From positions 90,856 through 154,855 of the forward strand of contig JACPUC010000010.1 in assembly GCA_016192455.1 (NCBI GenBank): 64,000 nucleotides of DNA. The letters run 5' to 3'. The notes under the pieces are model-generated. The model made no database searches. It saw only the letters and a program-made list of their open reading frames with translations, and was not told the origin of the DNA. The position numbers and the translations under genes were made by a program. Of this stretch, positions 1 through 9,971 are shown one piece after another; positions within the stretch are counted from its first letter, which is position 1; each line of letters starts with the position of its first letter. Origin of the DNA: Candidatus Tectimicrobiota bacterium (GTDB taxonomy: Bacteria; JACPUC01).

Positions 1-238
1 CTACACCCTGCGGCGAGCCGCGCAGATCGAGTTCTTCGCCGCCGGCGGCGGCGGCTTTGGAAATCCCCTGGAGCGCGACCTCGACCTCGTTGCCGACGAT
101 CTACGCAATGGTTTCATCACTCCCGAGGCCGCCGTGCGCGACTACGGCGCCGTCCTGAACGCGGACGGCAGCCTCAATCACGCCGCCAGTGCGGCCCGCC
201 GGGGACAGCTCCGGGCAGAGGTCAAGAGCGGTTGCTGA
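1..238 (+). CDS. Hydantoinase B/oxoprolinase family protein, C-terminal fragment (runs off the window)
   Basis: Frame 2 reads ...FFAAGGGGFGNPLERDLDLVADDLRNGFITPEAAVRDYGAV...KSGC* (TGA 236-238), matching the GGGG(Y/F)GxPLER...DYG C-terminus of this family. It is not in the ORF track. Confidence 0.8.
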   Translation, partial: YTLRRAAQIEFFAAGGGGFGNPLERDLDLVADDLRNGFITPEAAVRDYGAVLNADGSLNHAASAARRGQLRAEVKSGC

Positions 239-300
239 AGCGTTACTCCTTTCCGCGCCTGCACCCGCCGCGAGAGCGACGTCTTCCCTGGCGCTCACCC

Positions 301-1695
301 CTACCCACCCTCCGCGCTCCTCCCGCGGATGTCCCCGTAGCGGCGCAGCACGTGCATGGCGTAAGCAGCCTGGTCGGGCGACGTGTAGGCCGGGGCGCCG
401 TGTTTGCGCAGGGTCGTCACCAGCGCCGGCACCTCGTCGCGGCCCATGAGGCACCAGGCCGTCGGTTTGCCGGTGCGCTGCACGTGGCCGCGGCAGGCCT
501 CCCACAGCCCCATGATCGTCTCGTCCGTGATGTAGGCGTTCACCAGGAGGATGAGCAGCACGCCGTCGATGCTCGGGTCCTCGAACATGCCACGCATGGA
601 GACCTGCAGCATCTCCTCGCCGGCGTTGCCGAGATCGACGGGGTTGGTCTGCCGCAGGAACTCCGGCACGACCCTCTTCAGCTCGGCGCGGGTGGCGTCG
701 CCGAGGCGCGGGAAGCGGAAGCCGAACGCCTCGGCGGCCTCCATGCAAATGGCCGCCAGGCCGCCGCTCATGGTCACCAAGCCGAGGCGGTCGCCGGTGA
801 AGGGGGGTTGACGCAGCAGCGCGGTGAGGGCTGCCATCATCTCCGTGGGGGTGTCGAGGCGGATGACGCCGCACGCCTGGAACAGCTTGTCGTAGGCGCG
901 GTCGTCGCCGCAGTCGCTCGCCGTGTTGGTGGAGGAGATGTCCCGCCCCGCTTCGCTGCGGCCGATCTTCACGGCGACGATCGGCTTGCGGCGCACGACC
1001 TCTTTGGCGGCGCGCTCGAACGCCTGCGGGTCCGCCACCGACTCGAGGAAGAGGGCGACGGCTTTGGTATGCTCGTCTTCAGCGAGGTACTCGAGGAGCT
1101 CCGCCTCGTGGACATCGCAGCGGTTGCCCAGGGCCAGGTGCTTGCCGAAGCCCACGCCCTCCCGCGCGCCGTGCATGTTCATCACCGTGCCGAAGGCGCC
1201 GCTCTGCGTCACCAGGCTCACCGGCCCGATCTCCCGCGCCAGGGGATTGAATGACAGGTTCAACTTCGCGGCGGCGTTGTAAATGCCGTTAATGTTCGGC
1301 CCAAAGATGCGGATGCCGGTGCGCTTGTGGAGATCGACGAGCTGCTGCTGGAGCCTGGCGCCTTCCTGATCTTTTTCCGCGAAGCCGCCGGCATAGATGA
1401 CGACCCCTTTCACCCCCTGCTCGGCGCACTCGGCCACCGTCCCGGGTACGGCCCGCACCGGCACGGCCAGCGCCGCCACGTCGATCTCCTCCTGCACGTC
1501 GGTGATCTTCGCGTACGCCGTGAAGCCGCCGACCTCCGGCTCGGAGGGGTTGATCGGGAAGACCTTCCCTTCGTACCCCTGGCCCATGAGGTTCTGCAGG
1601 ACCTGGTTGCCGATCTTGCCCGGCTTGTTGCTGGCGCCGATGAGCGCCACGGAGCGGGGATTGAGGATGTGACGGAGTGTCGCCTGACCTGTCAT
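301..1695 (-). CDS. NDP-forming acyl-CoA synthetase alpha-like / CoA-binding protein (no ATP-grasp domain)
   Basis: Motifs LNPRSVALIGAS, VFPINP, AGGFAE, RIFGPN, VTQSGA, LGNRCD and NPVDLG; AGGAG RBS before ATG 1695. Confidence 0.85.
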   Translation of the reverse strand: MTGQATLRHILNPRSVALIGASNKPGKIGNQVLQNLMGQGYEGKVFPINPSEPEVGGFTAYAKITDVQEEIDVAALAVPVRAVPGTVAECAEQGVKGVVIYAGGFAEKDQEGARLQQQLVDLHKRTGIRIFGPNINGIYNAAAKLNLSFNPLAREIGPVSLVTQSGAFGTVMNMHGAREGVGFGKHLALGNRCDVHEAELLEYLAEDEHTKAVALFLESVADPQAFERAAKEVVRRKPIVAVKIGRSEAGRDISSTNTASDCGDDRAYDKLFQACGVIRLDTPTEMMAALTALLRQPPFTGDRLGLVTMSGGLAAICMEAAEAFGFRFPRLGDATRAELKRVVPEFLRQTNPVDLGNAGEEMLQVSMRGMFEDPSIDGVLLILLVNAYITDETIMGLWEACRGHVQRTGKPTAWCLMGRDEVPALVTTLRKHGAPAYTSPDQAAYAMHVLRRYGDIRGRSAEGG

Positions 1696-1913
1696 GGGGT
1701 ACTCCTGCGAACGAAGAGAGAGAGTGATGGGTTCCAGCGCCCGGCTCGCCCGGCGCGGTGCGGATAAACGTCCTCCTTGGCCGCGGCGGCTCGATGGGGC
1801 GCTCATGGCGGCGGGGACGACGGGCGCGAGGCCGCCTTGCCAAGGCGCACGCCTGCGGTCTCGACTGAGTGCTCTAATTCATAAGTCCGGTGACGTATCC
1901 CGGTTCGTTGGGT

Positions 1914-3398
1914 CTATGCCGCCGGCTCCGGCATGCCGTACGCCTCCCAGGCGGCGCGCACCTGCTCGAGGGCCGCTGCCGCGGGGCGCGACGGAGGCGG
2001 CGTGGGACGCGCGCGGCCGGCTTCGCCGGCGGTCTTCCTGGTGGCGTCGATGCCCAGCTTCGAGCACAGGTTGAAGGAGGTGTAGTTCACCTCCGGGCCG
2101 CCCTCGACGCGGGCGCGCGCCGCCGGGTTGAGGGCGTTCACCCCCACCGCCGGCAGGATCACCACGTCGAGCTCCGGGTCGACGCGCGTTGAGAGCGCCC
2201 AGAGCACGTCCTTCCATTCATAGATGTTGATGTCCTCGTCCACGACGATGACCGTATTCACCAGGGTCATGCCGAAGCCCGACCCCAGGGCGGTCATGAT
2301 CGCCTGCTTGCCCCAGCCGGGGTAACGCTTCTTGATCTGCACCACGGCCACGTACATGCGCCCTTCCAGCGGCAGGTAGAGGTCGCGGAAGCCGACGATC
2401 TCCTTCTGCATGGCGGCGTACCAGGCGAACGGCTGCGGGTAGGTCATGACGTTCGTCTCGCTGTACACGTGCCCCGAGGTGCAGGAGACGTAGATGGGGT
2501 CGCGCCGCTGCGTGATGCAGTGGATGCGCAGGTAGGGCTGCTCGAGCTGCTCGCTGGTGTAGCCGGTGTACTCGCCGAAGGGGCCTTCGCGGCGCTTCTC
2601 GTTGAGGAGGAGCTTGCCTTCCAGGACGATCTCCGAGCTTGCCGGCACCTCCACGTCGATGGTCTCGCAGCGCACCAACTCGACGGGCTTGCCGGTCAGG
2701 CCGCCGGTGAAGCGGAACTCGGCGTCGCGCCCCACCTCGGGCATCTTGGCCGCGCCGGCGAGGTGCAGGATGGGGTCGTAGCCCAGGGCCACGGCGCAGT
2801 CCAACTCCGTCTGGCCCCGCTGCCGGGCGCGGGCGCAGAAGACGCCGGCATCCTGGGTGGCGCTCGCCACCAGGCCGGCGGTGCGCGCGTCATGGATCAT
2901 GATGCGGTAGATGCCGAGGTTCTGGCGCCACTCCGGGTCCTTCATCACCACCCCGGGGAGGGTGATGTAGGGGCCGCCGTCATCGGGGTGCCAACGAAAC
3001 GCCGGCAGCATGCCGAGGTTCACGTCGTCGCCCTTCAGGATGACCTCCTTGCAGGGCGCCTCTGCGACGATGACGGGCTTCGGCCAGCTCGCCCGCTGCC
3101 GGATGTTCTCCAGGAAGTGGGCGCGGATTTCCTTGATCGTCGTCATCCGCCTCCAGTTCGGCAGCCCGCACATCAGCCCCCAGCGCCGGATCGACCCGAA
3201 GACATTGATGACGAGGGGCATGGCGCGGCCGACAACGTTCTCGAAGAGCACCGCCGGCGCGGTCCAGCCATGGCGCTCGTACATCTCCCAGATGAAGGCG
3301 CCGATCTCATCGCCGTCGCTCACCGGCTTGGAGATGCGGACGAGCTCGCCTTCCGCTTCCAGCGCCTCCAGGAAGGCGCGCATCTCGGTATAGACCAT
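1914..3398 (-). CDS. UbiD family prFMN-dependent (de)carboxylase #1
   Basis: MRAFLEALEAEGELVRI, DGGPYIT, NLGIYR, EGPFGEYTGY and VVDEDINI..DVLWALSTRVDP. Confidence 0.92.
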   Translation of the reverse strand: MVYTEMRAFLEALEAEGELVRISKPVSDGDEIGAFIWEMYERHGWTAPAVLFENVVGRAMPLVINVFGSIRRWGLMCGLPNWRRMTTIKEIRAHFLENIRQRASWPKPVIVAEAPCKEVILKGDDVNLGMLPAFRWHPDDGGPYITLPGVVMKDPEWRQNLGIYRIMIHDARTAGLVASATQDAGVFCARARQRGQTELDCAVALGYDPILHLAGAAKMPEVGRDAEFRFTGGLTGKPVELVRCETIDVEVPASSEIVLEGKLLLNEKRREGPFGEYTGYTSEQLEQPYLRIHCITQRRDPIYVSCTSGHVYSETNVMTYPQPFAWYAAMQKEIVGFRDLYLPLEGRMYVAVVQIKKRYPGWGKQAIMTALGSGFGMTLVNTVIVVDEDINIYEWKDVLWALSTRVDPELDVVILPAVGVNALNPAARARVEGGPEVNYTSFNLCSKLGIDATRKTAGEAGRARPTPPPSRPAAAALEQVRAAWEAYGMPEPAA

Positions 3399-3963
3399 CA
3401 GGTTACCCTCGCTGAGCCGCACGAGCTGTGGGTTGACACGTCTTCTTCGGAAATGGGTTTGGGGGAGGAATGAACCTACACCTTCCGCCCGCGTTGCTTG
3501 GCGGTCGATTCCGGGCGGCGAGAGCAGACTTGCGCCCAGCCTGGCGGTTTCCGCGTGGTTCGCCGCGGCACGAACGCGGTTTCTGAAACCGCGACACCGA
3601 AGGAACCACGCCGCGCGCGGCATGCGCGCCGCACCCTGGGTGCCTACCTGATTTACTGGAGTATGTCAAGAGAGGGAGGGCGTGAGGGGAAGAGCCTCAG
3701 CCGGGCAGGCGCCGAAGACGTCAGAGCCTTGCAAATGCCGTGCGGGGCCTCCCCTTCCGTGCCAACGCGGCGTCGCGCCGTAAGGTTGGAAGGGAGCACC
3801 CGCAGCGCGATACAGGGACGCGCCGAAGCGTGGGAGGCGCTCCCATTTCGTCCACACAACGTTCGAGCCATTGTTGAACTTGAGGGGGGAGGCTGGGAAT
3901 AGATCTCGTCCCTTACTGGTTAGGTCAAGGAGAGTCCTTCATCAAGCGAGGCAAGAGTTACAC

Positions 3964-4338
3964 ATGAAGGCGCCCCACATTTCCAAGGTTTCCCCAGCCG
4001 CTGAGCCATCCTCCCCCACCGCGAGGAACCCGCAGGGGGAGTCGAGCCTTCAAGTCAGTGGAGAAGCCCCTGCCGCACAGCACGACACTCTCCCGGCCCT
4101 GCCGCTCCGGCACAATCACAAACAGCGAGGAGTTCTTGGCTACGCGCTCTTGCTGAGTGGGTTTATCGCCTGCCCCTGTCATGCGCCGCTGCTGCTTGCC
4201 GTCTTGGCGGGCACGACGATCGGCTCCCAGCTTCTCGAGCACACGGTCACCCTTGTCATCGCCATGGGAAGCTACTTCTTCTTCTCGCTGTTTCTCGGAC
4301 TCCGACTCGTCAAGCGTCGCGAGCAAGCCGCGCGCTAG
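3964..4338 (+). CDS. merE: MerE-like mercury/metal transport membrane protein
   Basis: GYALLLSGFIACPCHAPLLLAVLAGTTIG...EH matches the MerE CPCHxP..LAGTT signature, with two hydrophobic helices. The start is uncertain. Confidence 0.7.
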   Translation: MKAPHISKVSPAAEPSSPTARNPQGESSLQVSGEAPAAQHDTLPALPLRHNHKQRGVLGYALLLSGFIACPCHAPLLLAVLAGTTIGSQLLEHTVTLVIAMGSYFFFSLFLGLRLVKRREQAAR

Positions 4339-4558
4339 AGAAAAAACCCCCTTTCCCCCACCTCATGCGCCGCACTGGGGGGCGGTGAACAAGCCACGTC
4401 ACCGGCACGGTGAGCCGCGGGCGAACTCGTTCCTCTTCCCCATATCCCTGGGAACACCCCACGGGAGGCGTCACGGCATCCTCTCTGCCGACGCGGCCGG
4501 GAATCTCGAACGCCCCACTGTGATCGAGATGACGGCTACGGGTCGCCCGCCCCGCAGG

Positions 4559-4918
4559 CTATTTCTTCTCCATCACTACCCGCTTGCCTTTGTCCGATAC
4601 CGTGAAGGAGATTTGATCGCCGGGCGAGAAGCCGAAGTAATCAACCATAAGGGGGCGACCAAGCAGGACGGTGCCGTTCTTCCCAACCTTGCGGCTGCTG
4701 CTCCCTCTCCTGCCCAAGTCGATGAGCGGCCGCGCTTTCCCCTTATCGACCAGGCCGCGAAGATAGAGGGCGTCGACCTGGTTCTTGGTTTGAATCTTCA
4801 ACTCCTTCTGAATCTCCTGGACGGTTTTCCCGGCATCCACCAACTCGACAACCTTAAGATGCTTGTCGGTGATTCTGGCCCTTTTGCGTGTGGCTTGCTT
4901 CGCCTTCGGCTCGCTCAT
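4559..4918 (-). CDS. Small basic DNA-binding protein (HTH-like N-terminus, AbrB/SpoVT-like C-terminus)
   Basis: GGAGG RBS; Lys/Arg-rich; GKTVQEIQKELKI helix pair and KVGKNGTVLL..FGFSPGDQISF AbrB-like pattern. Confidence 0.55.
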   Translation of the reverse strand: MSEPKAKQATRKRARITDKHLKVVELVDAGKTVQEIQKELKIQTKNQVDALYLRGLVDKGKARPLIDLGRRGSSSRKVGKNGTVLLGRPLMVDYFGFSPGDQISFTVSDKGKRVVMEKK

Positions 4919-5757
4919 AGGTTCCTCCATGAGTGAAGAGAAAAAGTTAGGGAGAAATATAGCAGGTAGAAAGAAGAATCACAAGCGAGTAAAGAAAAAT
5001 TCTGAAAATAATTCGCAGCAATTCCGCAGATGCTGGAGCCCAAAGCTCCGAAACGGTGCACCGCCATTCCTCACGCCGGCTGGTGGTGGCTCGTGGGATT
5101 GCCGCGCCGAGGGGAATGTGGCGTCACCTAGTGAGGAACGTGTGGTAAACGGTGGCGCCCTTCGATCCTCGCCGCGGTGAGGAGGCAGTACCTCTGCAAC
5201 TCAGTCTTCGTGTTGTATTCAACCAGCAACAGATGATGTCCTTCATTGAGCGAAGCTTTGTGAAGTGGAGCGGTTCTTGTTTTCACGAAGACCTGGCGGA
5301 AACACCCCGCACCGAACGCCTGCCGCGCCACCTTCGCCTCGCGGCGCTCCACCCATCACCACGTGGAAGGGCGAAATCAAAGGCGCCGTAGCAACGGCAA
5401 GAGCGCAGCCGGACATGAGCATGAAGAGGCGAGGGACACGTACGGAGCGGCTGCGCCGGCCGTTCGGTGAACCTCGCCCAGCACTACGGAAGGTAACGCG
5501 ATACCGTTGCGTCGTCATGGCTGGCTTGCTTGGCAATGGACCATGGAGAGAGTGGCAGGGAGCGCCGCCGCCACATCCGTGGCTGGGCTTGCGCCAGGTA
5601 GACCTCGCCTGCCGCAGCCCTGCTCCCTCTTGCCAGGGGCCGCTCCTGGGAGCCGATCGCCTGGAGCCAGCCCTTGGCAATGTGCGCGGCGCCGCCTCAT
5701 CACTTTCCGCAAGCTGTAGGCGCCCGGCTCCTCAGTGTTTGTCCTCCCGTCGCCCCC

Positions 5758-6810
5758 TTACTTGGAGCCGATTCGCCGATGCGCCTCCTTGAGCCAGGAG
5801 AGGTCCACATAATCGCTGACCTTGAACTGCTTCTCCATCAGGCCGTACTTGTGCAGGGTATCGACGTTGCGCTGGAATGCGTCGATGTTCGGCCAGGCGT
5901 TCGGGTCGCGGTACGAGTCCCATTGCCGCAGCAGGAACCAGGAACTGAAGGCTGCTTCCGGTCGCTTGGTGAACTTCGCCGCCACCTTCACGGCTTCGTC
6001 GCGGTTGGCGGGATCGAGGTACCACTTCCAGGCCCGCAGGAAGTCTTCCATGAAGTCCTTCGCCACCTCGGGACGGTTGCGTAGGAAATCGCCGCGGCCG
6101 TTAAACGCGACGATCTGCGTGGGACCGTCCATGGCGTCCATCATGGTGAAGATGGTGCGCAGGCCGCCGGTCTTCAGGGCGTTGCTCCAGAACGGCTGTA
6201 CAAAGATGGCGAGATCGATCTTCCCCTGGCGCAGCATCACCTCTTGATTAGGGAACATCACTTCCACCACCGTGTAGTCCTTCCCCGCAACCAGGTTGTT
6301 CTTCTTCAGCATTACCTGCATGGCGAGGTCGACGGCCGTCCCATGCGCATTGGTGGCGAGAAGCTTCCCCTTCAGGTCCTTGACGGTCTTGATGGGGGAG
6401 CTTTCAAGCACCGTCCATGGCTCGGTGAAGGCGCCATTTGTCCCATCCTGCAGGTCGTCGGCGAGGATCTTCAAGTCGAGGCCAGCGTTCGTCACGGCGA
6501 GGGGGAAGCTCGAGTACGCCAGCGCCCCGAACTCGACCGCCTTGGCGGCAAAGCCTTGGATTTGCGGCGTCGAGCCGCGGAAGTTGATGAGCTCCGTGGT
6601 GTACGACTTGCCGTAGTGCTTCAGCAGCTCCGGCTTCATGTAGAAGAGCGTGTGGATTTCGAACGCCGGCACCGTATAGCCGATGCGGATTGGGATGGGC
6701 TGGGCGTTGGCCGCTCCGGCAACCACCGCCAGCACCACCGCGCCGCAAAGCAGGCCTGCCGCCCAGCTCAGGTTCAGCTTGGTGCGCCACGTTCTCTTTC
6801 TCCCCTTCAT
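5758..6810 (-). CDS. ABC transporter substrate-binding protein (SsuA/NMT1-like)
   Basis: Signal peptide (AANA/Q), then IKTVKDLKGK, and LRQGKIDLA..QPF. Confidence 0.85.
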   Translation of the reverse strand: MKGRKRTWRTKLNLSWAAGLLCGAVVLAVVAGAANAQPIPIRIGYTVPAFEIHTLFYMKPELLKHYGKSYTTELINFRGSTPQIQGFAAKAVEFGALAYSSFPLAVTNAGLDLKILADDLQDGTNGAFTEPWTVLESSPIKTVKDLKGKLLATNAHGTAVDLAMQVMLKKNNLVAGKDYTVVEVMFPNQEVMLRQGKIDLAIFVQPFWSNALKTGGLRTIFTMMDAMDGPTQIVAFNGRGDFLRNRPEVAKDFMEDFLRAWKWYLDPANRDEAVKVAAKFTKRPEAAFSSWFLLRQWDSYRDPNAWPNIDAFQRNVDTLHKYGLMEKQFKVSDYVDLSWLKEAHRRIGSK

Positions 6811-7415
6811 GTCAACCCCCTCCTCTGACAAGCGCGGGGCGCCACGTTCAGCAGCCATGCCTGCGGCGGCGCCAGCCTTGCGCCGTCACCAGGCCGCTGG
6901 GCGCACCCCACGCTCTTTGTTCTGGATGGTCGCCGCACCCGCCTGGGGCCGAACGCCAAGGTCCGCGCCCCGCTGCCCCTCATGGGGTCTCGCGGGCGTA
7001 GGTTGTGCGAGCTCGATTCTAGCAAGTTGGGGCGTGGGCGTATAGGGGAGGTGGAAAAGGGAGGTAGAGGGAGATGGTAACGATGGCGCGCCGCCACGAT
7101 GGTGTGAAAGGGGGATGCGCCGTGGCGAGATCGGTGAAAGTGGAGAGGAGTTAAGGTGACAGCGGACTCGCCGGCCGGCCGCTCCCGCTGCCACGAAAAG
7201 AGGCGCGTACGTGCTTGATTTTAGGCGATGATGAGGCTGACGGTCGTGCGCCGGTGTCCTTCATCTCCGCGTTCTCTGCGCCTCTGCGGTTCAATGGAGT
7301 GCACCGCGGAGACGCAGAGGACGCAGAGAAGGTAGCAGAAGGAACCACAGGTGCGCGGGTTCACCCAGCTATCGGTGTCCATCCGTGTGCATCAGTGGTT
7401 CCTTGCATCCCGCTG

Positions 7416-7443
7416 GTAGGGGCGGTTCGCGAACCGCCCCTAC
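7416..7443. repeat. GTAG-type REP palindrome, copy 1
   Basis: Perfect 28-bp palindrome GTAGGGGCGGTTCGCGAACCGCCCCTAC, which recurs at 19680 and 20050. Confidence 0.85.
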
Positions 7444-7794
7444 GGTCGATGGGCTGGAAGACTGGCCTCCCATCTCTGCGATCTCTGCGTCTGCCGCGAC
7501 AATAGGCGTCTAGGTGGTTGATTTCACGACCTTGCAGGTTTGCCACCGCGCGTCTCACAGCGAACGGGATGTGCAGAGCCGTAGGGGCGGGGCTTGCCCC
7601 GCCCGCTGAGTCGTCCCCGCTGAGCCGCCACGCCGGGGCGCAGCAAGCGGCGCCCCTACACCCGGGGTGCCGAACCCTTCGACAAGAGAGACGGTTGCTC
7701 CTGGTACACCCCATGTTCATCGCTTCGCGGGCGGGCCGGAGGCCCATGGGGAACTGCCTCGACTCTTCCCGCCATGCGCCGGATGCCCAGCCCC

Positions 7795-9438
7795 TCAGTG
7801 TTCGGTAACCTCCTCCGGGGTGGGCCGGGCCCGCAGCGAGTAGTACTCTTTCAGCCAGTCGTCGCGGTCAATCGCCATCACCGGCTTATACGTGATATCG
7901 GACAGCCCGTATTCATCCCAGCGCTTCTTGGTGGCCTCGTCGATATCGTTCTCAAGCACCTGGATGGGTGGGTAGACGCTGTAGTTCCACTGCTCCCAGC
8001 GCTGGAAGTTCCAGTTGCGCGTCGCGTCCACCAGCACGCGACACCACTTCCCGGAACCGAATTTCGTAATGTCGCGCTCCTCGAGGCGCGTGCTCGGGTC
8101 CAGAGGCGCGCCGTGGCAGCCGGGGCGGAACTCGATGTCGCCGACTTCGGCGTTCACCCGCCAGGCATAGGCCCATTCCATTTCTTCCGGGTTGTGAATA
8201 TCGATGTCTTCCTCGACGACGGTAACGTTCTTGAACATCCATTGGGCGGCGTTCGAGGCCCACAGGGCGGCGGCCGCCTGTTTGGCCTGACCGCGGTAGG
8301 TCTTGTGAATTTGCACCGCGATATTGGCCGCGAAGTTCAGGTGCGAGGTGAAGACGTCGGTCACGCCCGGCACGCCGGCCGTCTCCAGGATGTTCCAGGC
8401 CATGGCGGAAAAGGCGATAGAGGCGAAGGTGCCGGTTTCGTTCGGCCAGCCTGGACGGAATCCTTCCAGGGAGCCCTCGAAGATGGGATTGTTGCGGTGG
8501 CTGATGCAGTCGACGCGGATGGTCGGTTTCAGCGAGGCGGCGCCGCCGTAGTACCCGGTGTACTCGCCGAAAGGCCCTTCGAGGCGGAGGTCTTTTTGGT
8601 CGATGGAGACGATGCCTTCAAGGACGTACTCCGCGTGCGCCGGAACGAGCAGGTCCGAGGTTTCACACTTCACGAGTTCGATGGGGCGCCCGCGCATGGC
8701 GCTCGCCACCTCGTACTCGTTGGTCCCCGCCGGCAAGGGGGTGCCGGCGCAGAAGCGCAGGATCGGGTCAAAGCCGATGACGACGGCCGCCGGCATCGGG
8801 TAGCGGCCAATCTTGTACTTCGAGTAATGAATGCCCCAGTGTTGCGCCGCGATCAGCAGGCAGGAGATGAGATTCCTTTCGTTGGGAACGATCATGCCGC
8901 GGTACGTCCCAACGTTCAGGATGCCGGTTTCCGGGTCCTTCGTCACGACCGAGCACGAGGTGTTGATGTAGCGGCCGCCGTCCCACTTGTGCCACCTCGG
9001 CACGGGAAGGGCGTCCAGGTCGATGTCGCGCCCCCGAATGATGTTCTCTTTCACCGGCCCCCCGCCAACCTGAACGGGGGCGAGACGTTTCTTGAACCCG
9101 TCGCGGCACGCCTTGATCATCTCTTTGTTCGTCGTCTCAGGAGAAAGCCCCAGAAGCGTGGCGATGCGCCGGTACTTCGCCAGCGACCCAGAGACCACCT
9201 TGCTGCCCAGCGGGTTCTTCTGGTACCCCTTGATGTTCTCGAACAGCAGGGCGGGACCCTGCGCGGCCATGACCTTGCGCACGATGGTTCCCAGTTCCTC
9301 CTCTGGACTCACCTCCGCCTTGATGCGCCGCAGCTCACCTTCCTTCTCCAAGAGCTGGATCCAGCTCCGGAGATCCGTAATCTCAGATGCCGAATCCGAG
9401 CCGCGCCAACTTCTTAATTCCGCTTCTTTCAGTGCCAT
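7795..9438 (-). CDS. UbiD family (de)carboxylase #2
   Basis: DLRSWIQLLEKEGELRRI, DGGRYINT, NVGTYR, EGPFGEYTGY and VVEEDIDI; GGAGG RBS. Confidence 0.92.
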   Translation of the reverse strand: MALKEAELRSWRGSDSASEITDLRSWIQLLEKEGELRRIKAEVSPEEELGTIVRKVMAAQGPALLFENIKGYQKNPLGSKVVSGSLAKYRRIATLLGLSPETTNKEMIKACRDGFKKRLAPVQVGGGPVKENIIRGRDIDLDALPVPRWHKWDGGRYINTSCSVVTKDPETGILNVGTYRGMIVPNERNLISCLLIAAQHWGIHYSKYKIGRYPMPAAVVIGFDPILRFCAGTPLPAGTNEYEVASAMRGRPIELVKCETSDLLVPAHAEYVLEGIVSIDQKDLRLEGPFGEYTGYYGGAASLKPTIRVDCISHRNNPIFEGSLEGFRPGWPNETGTFASIAFSAMAWNILETAGVPGVTDVFTSHLNFAANIAVQIHKTYRGQAKQAAAALWASNAAQWMFKNVTVVEEDIDIHNPEEMEWAYAWRVNAEVGDIEFRPGCHGAPLDPSTRLEERDITKFGSGKWCRVLVDATRNWNFQRWEQWNYSVYPPIQVLENDIDEATKKRWDEYGLSDITYKPVMAIDRDDWLKEYYSLRARPTPEEVTEH

Positions 9439-9749
9439 CACTACCTCCTCCCGTGGATTTCCCCCTTGCCGACCTGCGGCGGCTGTCCGCCCTTCCTTCG
9501 CAGCCCGCAGGCGAAGCTGGCCTTCTCACCAGACCTCGCATCTCTCAGCCCCTGGCGGGATGCCAGAGGGCATCCTGCGCTCGTAACCCAGCCCGCCGTT
9601 ACCGCAACAGCCCCTTCTTCCAGCTTCGCTCATCGAGGCCGCGTGATTAGTCCTGCCCTCGAGCAGCGGGGGAATCTCCGGTCATCGGCGGTCGCCCGAT
9701 GATTCGACCCCATGCGAGGAGTGATAAAAGGAACGGCTCGCAGCGCGGA

Positions 9750-9775
9750 CCAAATATATTTTGGATATATTATCC
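9750..9775. promoter_or_regulatory. AT-rich dyad, putative operator upstream of UbiD #2
   Basis: CCAAATATATTTTGGATATATTATCC contains two overlapping near-palindromes in a very GC-rich context. Confidence 0.35.
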
Positions 9776-9971
9776 TTCAGGGTGCAGGCAGACGCTGGTT
9801 ATTTCCATGACCTTTGTCAAGATTTGCGGAAATTTCGGCCCTGCTTGCGCTGTGGACACCCCTGACTTCAGCGGGAGGGCGGCTCAAGGACGCGCCCGTC
9901 AGGAAGGGGAGCGTGCCGGTTCCTGCCCCGAGATTGCAGGGCACCGGGGCTATCAAGGTGGGCGAGCCGGC

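Noticed and set aside
7774-9417. Long antisense ORFs (e.g. 7774..9417, 20124..21620, 40683..42530, 44441..45769, 50916..52475)
   Set aside because: They are shadows of real genes on the opposite strand, as expected in high-GC DNA.
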